A stretch of DNA of 64,000 bases from Octopus vulgaris (Eukaryota), in contig OX597818.1 of NCBI GenBank assembly GCA_951406725.2, forward strand, positions 123,256,001-123,320,000, read 5' to 3'. The position numbers and the translations under genes were made by a program. Below are positions 57,338 to 64,000 of the stretch, one piece after another. The notes under the pieces are model-generated. The model saw nothing but the letters and a program-made list of their open reading frames with translations, was not told where the DNA came from and ran no database searches. Position 1 is the stretch's first letter, and each line of letters begins with the position of its first letter.

Positions 57338-58839
57338 TAACATTGTATTAAATAATATACGCAAAAGTAGCCGTGAGAATTGCTATAAGTGACTGAAGCA
57401 AAGCAGTCAAAGTCACCACCAGAACTGGAAAATAACAGCTAAATTAATTTTAACATATTGATCACAGAAAAGAAAATTAATATTAATTATACTGTGAGAG
57501 AAAAAATGGCATTCTTTCATTAACTAATATTTATATGATTTATATTGAAGCTCATTTTGTTATTAATTTCAAAGCAAATTGACCGAAACCAGAACTAAAA
57601 CTTCTCGGATCATTCCATTTCTTTCCGGTATCAATTATTACGTTTCAATGGCTTCATATACAGAGAGTAATATTCTGTTAACGCTGCCTCTGTTTGTGAT
57701 TCCGCTGATGACGACATCACGCCAATATTTTACTGTTACAAGCGCTAAAAACGTGGGGCAGTGTACAGATGGCTTATTAAATACATGAAACAGAATTTAT
57801 TTATTCGGATCTTTAAATTATGAAATTTATTTTGCAATGGGAATTAACGAAGTGAATGTGAAAAAAAATCATAATGCAAATGTACAATATTGCGCATGAG
57901 CAGTTGGCTAGTTTATTCCTTGCTGGGATAGTATAATCTGACCGAATCGTGTTCACCGTTTACCTTGCCATCTGTATATCTCGGTAATTCCCTTCAATTA
58001 TATATTATTTCTTTAAAATTTAATTTGAGTTAGTTCCGTAATTGTAAGGGTTGATATGTAGCCTTCAAGTGAATAAAGATAATCAAAAGTATCAATAGAT
58101 TATAGATATACATCTAACAAACATGCATTCATTTGCATACAAGCACAAACGCATATCAATTCTAATACACACACACACACATATATGGATATAAAAATAT
58201 ATATATGCATGTATAAGTACGTGTACACACACACACATACGCACTCGAAGACACACACATTTGGGGAGAGTGCGTATAAGAAGTCTTCAGTACACAAAAG
58301 TTTAAATGCAGGTAGAAAAGCTAAATATTTATTTAAACGAAAGCAGAACGGTTGTTAACTTGAAGTTTCTCAGGCAGCAGGTCGTCAAACGGAATTCCAA
58401 TCATATCACGAAATGTCGATACCCTTAGGTATAGTAAGGGCACTTTCATGTGTACGATATATTGAATTCCTCTCGGAGGAAATAAGTAATATATGCAACA
58501 ACAAAAAAAGTTGATATTACTAGAAGGAAATAATGATACAAGAAAACTTTGCCACACTCGAGAAAGATTGAAGACCTACAATCAGAATTAAATATATGAT
58601 GCTATCTACTATCCTCTGGATTGCTATAAGGTTGAAACGGAATCCGTTAATCATGGATTTATTTCTCCTTCGAATGATGAGAACTTCATGAACGAATTTT
58701 ACAGTATTATATCATAAGATAATTCCTACATTGAGAAAATTACTTTAGTTGTTATGTAGTAAATATAAGCGAATTATTGTTTTCATAAAACATGTTGAAA
58801 GGAGTCAAATATGTGACATTACAAATTGTTTAATATGTT

Positions 58840-58885
<46 letters not shown>

Positions 58886-58926
58886 CAGACACATATATAT
58901 ACACACACACACATATACACACACAT

Positions 58927-59001
<75 letters not shown>

Positions 59002-59803
59002 AACACACGTAAAGTAATTGCTACTACTAGTTTCATACCTCGGAGACACGATAATTTGGCAGATTTATGTAAAGTGCTTTGTGTCTCTAAGTAGTCTCTC
59101 TGGCTGGCACACATGGATAGTCCTATTTGAAAATCAGGAAGTTGGTTCATGAGAAAAGCAAAAGGTTGTATCAAAATCTGGAAAAAGAAGACAAAGAGTG
59201 AATAAAAACAGAGTAAAAAAGAAAGGAAAGAAAAAAAAGCAAAGCGTTGCGTTCCCTTTGTCAGCAGACAACCTAATAAATCTAGCTGGTTTCGAATACT
59301 TTAACGGTGGAGCGGTCAAAATCTGCCGTACAGCTCCTCAAAAATAAATAAATAACGTAGTGGGTGTTGTCCTACATTTCGACAATAGAAATTTGCACAT
59401 ATGCTTGCATTGTGCTGAAAATATGTATGTGTGTAAAATTGGAAGGTACTGCTCCAATGAAAATATATAGGGAAGAGAATTTGAAAATACACATGTCTTT
59501 TAAAGATGTTTATTGACTTGGCCGGTTTCACTTATTTTTAAAAAAGATTTTCAAAAGTAAAATATACGACTCTGTGTAGCCTTTGTGGTGTTTAAAATTA
59601 GTTGACATAGATGTATTAAAATACACTGATAGAGTCTTTGACAATGATAAAAAAATGTTAAGAGGGATTTTGTACTTAAACAGTTTACATAAAAGTGTTC
59701 AAAATAGGTAGTAAAATAAATTCATAATTATTTAAAAGTAAAAACAAAAATCATGATTGTATATAAGCATATATACAGAAAGAATTTGTAGACTTATTTG
59801 ATA

Positions 59804-59974
59804 CTGTTAGTCAAAACATCATCAGAAATCATATTTAAATATTTATACAGAATTTTAGGGGAATGACCAATATATATATATATACGCGACTGGAGATGAA
59901 GAAAAATGATTGGTCATTCCCCTAAAATTCTGTATAAATATTTAAATATGATTTCTGATGATGTTTTGACTAAC

Positions 59975-59976
<2 letters not shown>
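59804..59976. repeat. Perfect 68-bp inverted repeat ending at (TA)n
   Basis: 59804-59871 vs 59909-59976. Confidence 0.9.
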
Positions 59977-60028
<52 letters not shown>

Positions 60029-61387
60029 TAATCAAAAGACATACTAATTATGTCTACCTACTGGAATTATATATGTGTGTGTGTGCGTGTGTGTGTGTGT
60101 ATGTGTGTGTGTGTGCGTGTGTGTGTGTGTGTGTGCGCGTGTGCGTGTGTGTGTAGAAGGTTGAAAAGGAATACATAAGTTAATATGTATAAGGAAAAAA
60201 GTCAAGATAGAAAATGCTAAAATAATTTTATCATAAAAAATATTTTTGTATTGGTTTCAGTGATTGAGACTTTTCCACTCTGAGTATGGATAACAAGTAA
60301 ATTTGGGAAAAAATTAAATGAAATTTTTTTAAAAGAATATTTGCATAGTATTGAAATAGAAGGGGAACTTTCCTTGTTTCTGCCTGTCTCTGACAGGAGT
60401 ACAAACACAGACACAAAGTCTAACACACACACACACGCATATATATATATATATATCTTAAGAACGATCTTACTTAGAAATGGACGCGTGCGTTCCGTCA
60501 TATAATAAATTAATAAATAAAATAAAACATATTCATATATACATACATATATGTACGTACCTACCTCTACATGTATATATACATGCATATATGGGTACAG
60601 GACACAAAAAAAACATCGAACGCAATGCGGAACGAAAACATAAACCCAAAACCAAGGAAATGGACATTTTTGTTAAAAAACGAAAAAATAGAGTACAGGA
60701 CATACAATACAAGGAAAATTCCCCTTTTTCAGTCGCCTTTGTTACATCTACTCCGCGTTTTGAAGGTCAAGCCGAGACACGATTTTAATGAAACTTTCCT
60801 TCCCGCTAAAAACAAATTAAATAAAATTTGAGGTTTTTTGGCGGAGGGGTAAAAATGGTAACAAAAACAGGACAGTAACGACTGTACAAAATATAAACAG
60901 TAAAAGACAGGACAAGGAGAATAGCAGTAACACAGACAAGAAGGGTTGTTAAGCCGAACGAGATAAAATATTACGAACACTATTTTTGAGAACGGCGAAG
61001 GAGCCACAGAAAATGCCGTCTACACTTGAAGGAAGCCAGGTCAGAAAGACAGTAGCAGAGCTCTCGTCGCGGATCAACGATGGGAGGGAGGAGGAGGAGC
61101 AAGAGAAAGGGAGAGAGAAGAAAGGGAATGGTTGTAGAGAAAACCAGAAAGAATGAAGAATGAGAGACAGAGAGGGGGAGAGACAGTAAGGTAGAAGAAA
61201 AGGAAACCCGAAAGAATGAAGGCTGAGAAAGGGAGGGGTACAGAAGAGTTAAGAGTGCCCATCATTATTAATATTGCTTATTTTGATTATAATCATCCCA
61301 ATTTGAATTATATGGATAATACGATACTAAATTCAGGTGCCTTTAACTTAAGTACCATATTCATCTCAATCTAAATTTTATTGAACT

Positions 61388-61457
<70 letters not shown>

Positions 61458-61664
61458 GTGAAATAGAAAGATGAATAATCTTGTAGTAGATTAATCAAAA
61501 GTTTAACCGATACCTTGGTAGCAAAAATCACAGCAGTAAACAGCACGGTTGGAGGTACAACCATATGGTGTTGCAACCGTGCGTTGGTGCGGATAATTGA
61601 AATTAAAATATTATTGGTGAATTGAAGAAATGGAGCTGAACGAAGATTGAACAGAAATCGTTTT

Positions 61665-61755
61665 ATTTCATTCTACACGTGTTTCGAAAGGCACAATTTA
61701 CCAAAATCCGATTGAATAATGGGACCATATTGTGTCTTTCTCTTCAGGAAGAAAT
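61665..61755 (-). ncRNA. Canonical type-I hammerhead motif (family of 51880)
   Basis: Reverse complement of 62224-62314. Confidence 0.85.
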
Positions 61756-62223
61756 AGGAAATCCGTTGGAAAAAACAAAAACAGAACAGAGGCGGAGCAA
61801 AACAAATCGAACTAGGCTCCTAAGAGCCCATGGCAAAACTGTTTATCAGTGTATGTTGAGAACCGGTGGCTGAAGAATTTAACGGGTCAGGCAGCGGTCA
61901 ATCATGTGGGTGAGAGTGTGTAGATGTTCTTTGTGATCGAGAATAAAGTTCTGACTATTTAAGGAATATTGGATGTTTTATAAGGGGCGAGAAAAAATCT
62001 ACTTAGAGACGTGTGTGTGTATACTGTTCTATATATTCTCGGTCACAAAGAACATCTACACACCCTCACCCACATGATTGACCGCTGCCTGACCCGTTAA
62101 ATTCTTCAGCCACCGGTTCTCAACATACACTGATAAACAGTTTTGCCATGGGCTCTTAGGAGCCTAGTTCGATTTGTTTTGCTCCGCCTCTGTTCTGTTT
62201 TTGTTTTTTCCAACGGATTTCCT

Positions 62224-62314
62224 ATTTCTTCCTGAAGAGAAAGACACAATATGGTCCCATTATTCAATCGGATTTTGGTAAATTGTGCCTTTCGAAACAC
62301 GTGTAGAATGAAAT
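62224..62314 (+). ncRNA. Canonical type-I hammerhead motif (family of 51880)
   Basis: AUUUCUUC-CUGAAGA-GAAAGACACAAU...AUUGUGCCUUUC-GAAA-CACGU-GUA-GAAUGAAAU. Confidence 0.85.
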
Positions 62315-62363
62315 AAAACGATTTCTGTTCAATCTTCGTTCAGCTCCATTTCTTCAATTCACC

Positions 62364-62418
<55 letters not shown>

Positions 62419-62805
62419 TATGTACGTATGTATGTATGTTTGCATGTATGTATGTATGTCTGTATATATGTATGTATGCATGTATTTGTGCGTGTGACTG
62501 TAGATATAAATACACACATACACACACGCGCACAAACACACACACACACACACACATACATATATATTCACTGAACATGTAATGCTCTTCTTTAAAACTC
62601 CTACAAAAACATCTAGAAATGTATAGATTTTGTAGTCAAATTTTTTTCCTACGTTTCCTTGATTGCTTCTGCCAGAGCTGAAATTATAGTATATATATTT
62701 AAGTCACTAAAGAACGAAGACTAAATGCATTGCTGTCGTTTTGTTGGTCTAGAGTATTTCATCTTTGCTGACTTGATAGCACACACGCATGCGAGCACAC
62801 ACACA

Positions 62806-62876
<71 letters not shown>

Positions 62877-62953
62877 TCGTATTCACACAGACAGACAGAT
62901 ACGCACACACACCCACAAGCTCACTCACATAATTAGAAGTATGTTCTGTGTAT

Positions 62954-63015
<62 letters not shown>

Positions 63016-63040
63016 CATACTGACAGGCAGACAGACGGAC

Positions 63041-63115
<75 letters not shown>

Positions 63116-63467
63116 CATAATTTTAAGTCTATCGATGGCTACGATCTACCGTTACAATTATTAACTTTGTTTCTATTCTAGACAAAATAAATCCTTATTA
63201 TTGCAGCTGAGATATCGCCACTGACTGGAAGCATTAGACTAATCAGTAACAGATGTGAATATATATTGCAAAGCTTAGCAAACTGTTAATTAATTTAGTT
63301 TTTGTTTTAGTTTTATCTTTTCTTTTTCATATCCGAACATTTGTTTGAAATATTCAAGTAATCATAATATTTCGTTTATTTTATTACTTATGTTTTATTA
63401 TTTGCTTCTTTTTTTTTAGCATATCTTTTTTTTAAGTTTGGTAAATTATTCGAGTTTTATATAAATA

Positions 63468-63864
63468 CTAGCAGTATCGCCCGGTGTTGCTCGGGTTTGT
63501 AAGGGAAATAACTATATAAACATTTTTAGAGAGTTATAGCCAAAAAATAGCTAACAAATGCATTAAAAATAGAAAAAAAAATTATTGTAAATTTTTTTTT
63601 AAATCGTTGACTCATTGTAGACATTTTTAGAGAGTTACTTCCCTTATATAATAGCGAAAAAATGCATTAACATGGAAAAAATGATGATATTTTTTTTTTT
63701 AATCGTAGACTCATCGTAGACGCGCTCTGATACCCAGAAGGGCTCGATATGAATCACGACTATAAGATACCCGCTTTTGGTTAAACTGCACCGCAAAATG
63801 TGGGAGTAGTTAGGAATCTAAATCCTAGGAGATAGACACACAACTTCACATTTATATATAAAGA
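63468..63864 (-). mobile_element. Non-autonomous Helitron
   Basis: Minus strand starts TC(TTTATATATAAA) and ends with a CCCG..CGGG hairpin followed by CTAG. Inserted between A and T, with no TSD. Confidence 0.75.
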
Positions 63865-64000
63865 TATTAGGTATTGCTTCATGTTTGAACATGAAGAACA
63901 TATTTTAGTAATAACCGCTCACCAACTGTTGACTATAAAGATTACAGAAGTATACAGAAAGACGACTGTTAATTTGCCTCACTAGAATTCAACTCTGCTT

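Larger units (their letters stand above)
61453..62366. mobile_element. Hammerhead-bearing TA-inserted retroelement, copy 2, with 333-bp inverted arms
   Basis: Near-identical arms at 61613-61945 and 62034-62366 with an 88-bp spacer. (TA)n flanks. Confidence 0.8.

Noticed and set aside
58333-58440. Possible minus-strand terminal exon (VSTFRDMIGIPFDDLLPEK...)
   Set aside because: The acceptor is weak and I recognise no homology, so it cannot be supported without RNA data.
60590-61080. Repeat-like region with TTTTCAG and CGCGTTTTG words as a hammerhead
   Set aside because: The motifs are degenerate, in the wrong order and unpaired.
61679-62300. Identical 64-aa ORFs on opposite strands (also 51711-51956)
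   Set aside because: They are a by-product of the inverted repeat, run antisense to the hammerhead and have no recognisable domain.

Overview
AT-rich, microsatellite-dense eukaryotic DNA whose repeat make-up suggests an octopus-like cephalopod (inference from the repeats, not verified). I found no supportable host gene; almost all listed ORFs are translations of (TA)n, (CA)n, (TATG)n, (GATA)n or (TAA)n tracts. The window holds three tRNA-like SINE families, decayed LINEs (RTE-like, Tx1/L1-like, and R4/Dong-like elements inside (TAA)n), Tc1/mariner remnants, palindromic MITEs, a non-autonomous Helitron and a 17 x 169-bp satellite. The main discovery is about 15 type-I hammerhead-ribozyme motifs, read by eye on both strands. 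They lie in short non-coding elements that usually end in (TA)n tracts. These elements show head-to-tail 458-bp units, a circularly permuted unit and fold-back inversions, which fits Penelope-like pLTRs or non-LTR retrozymes. Several have recurrent non-canonical cores. All structures were paired by hand and none has been tested.
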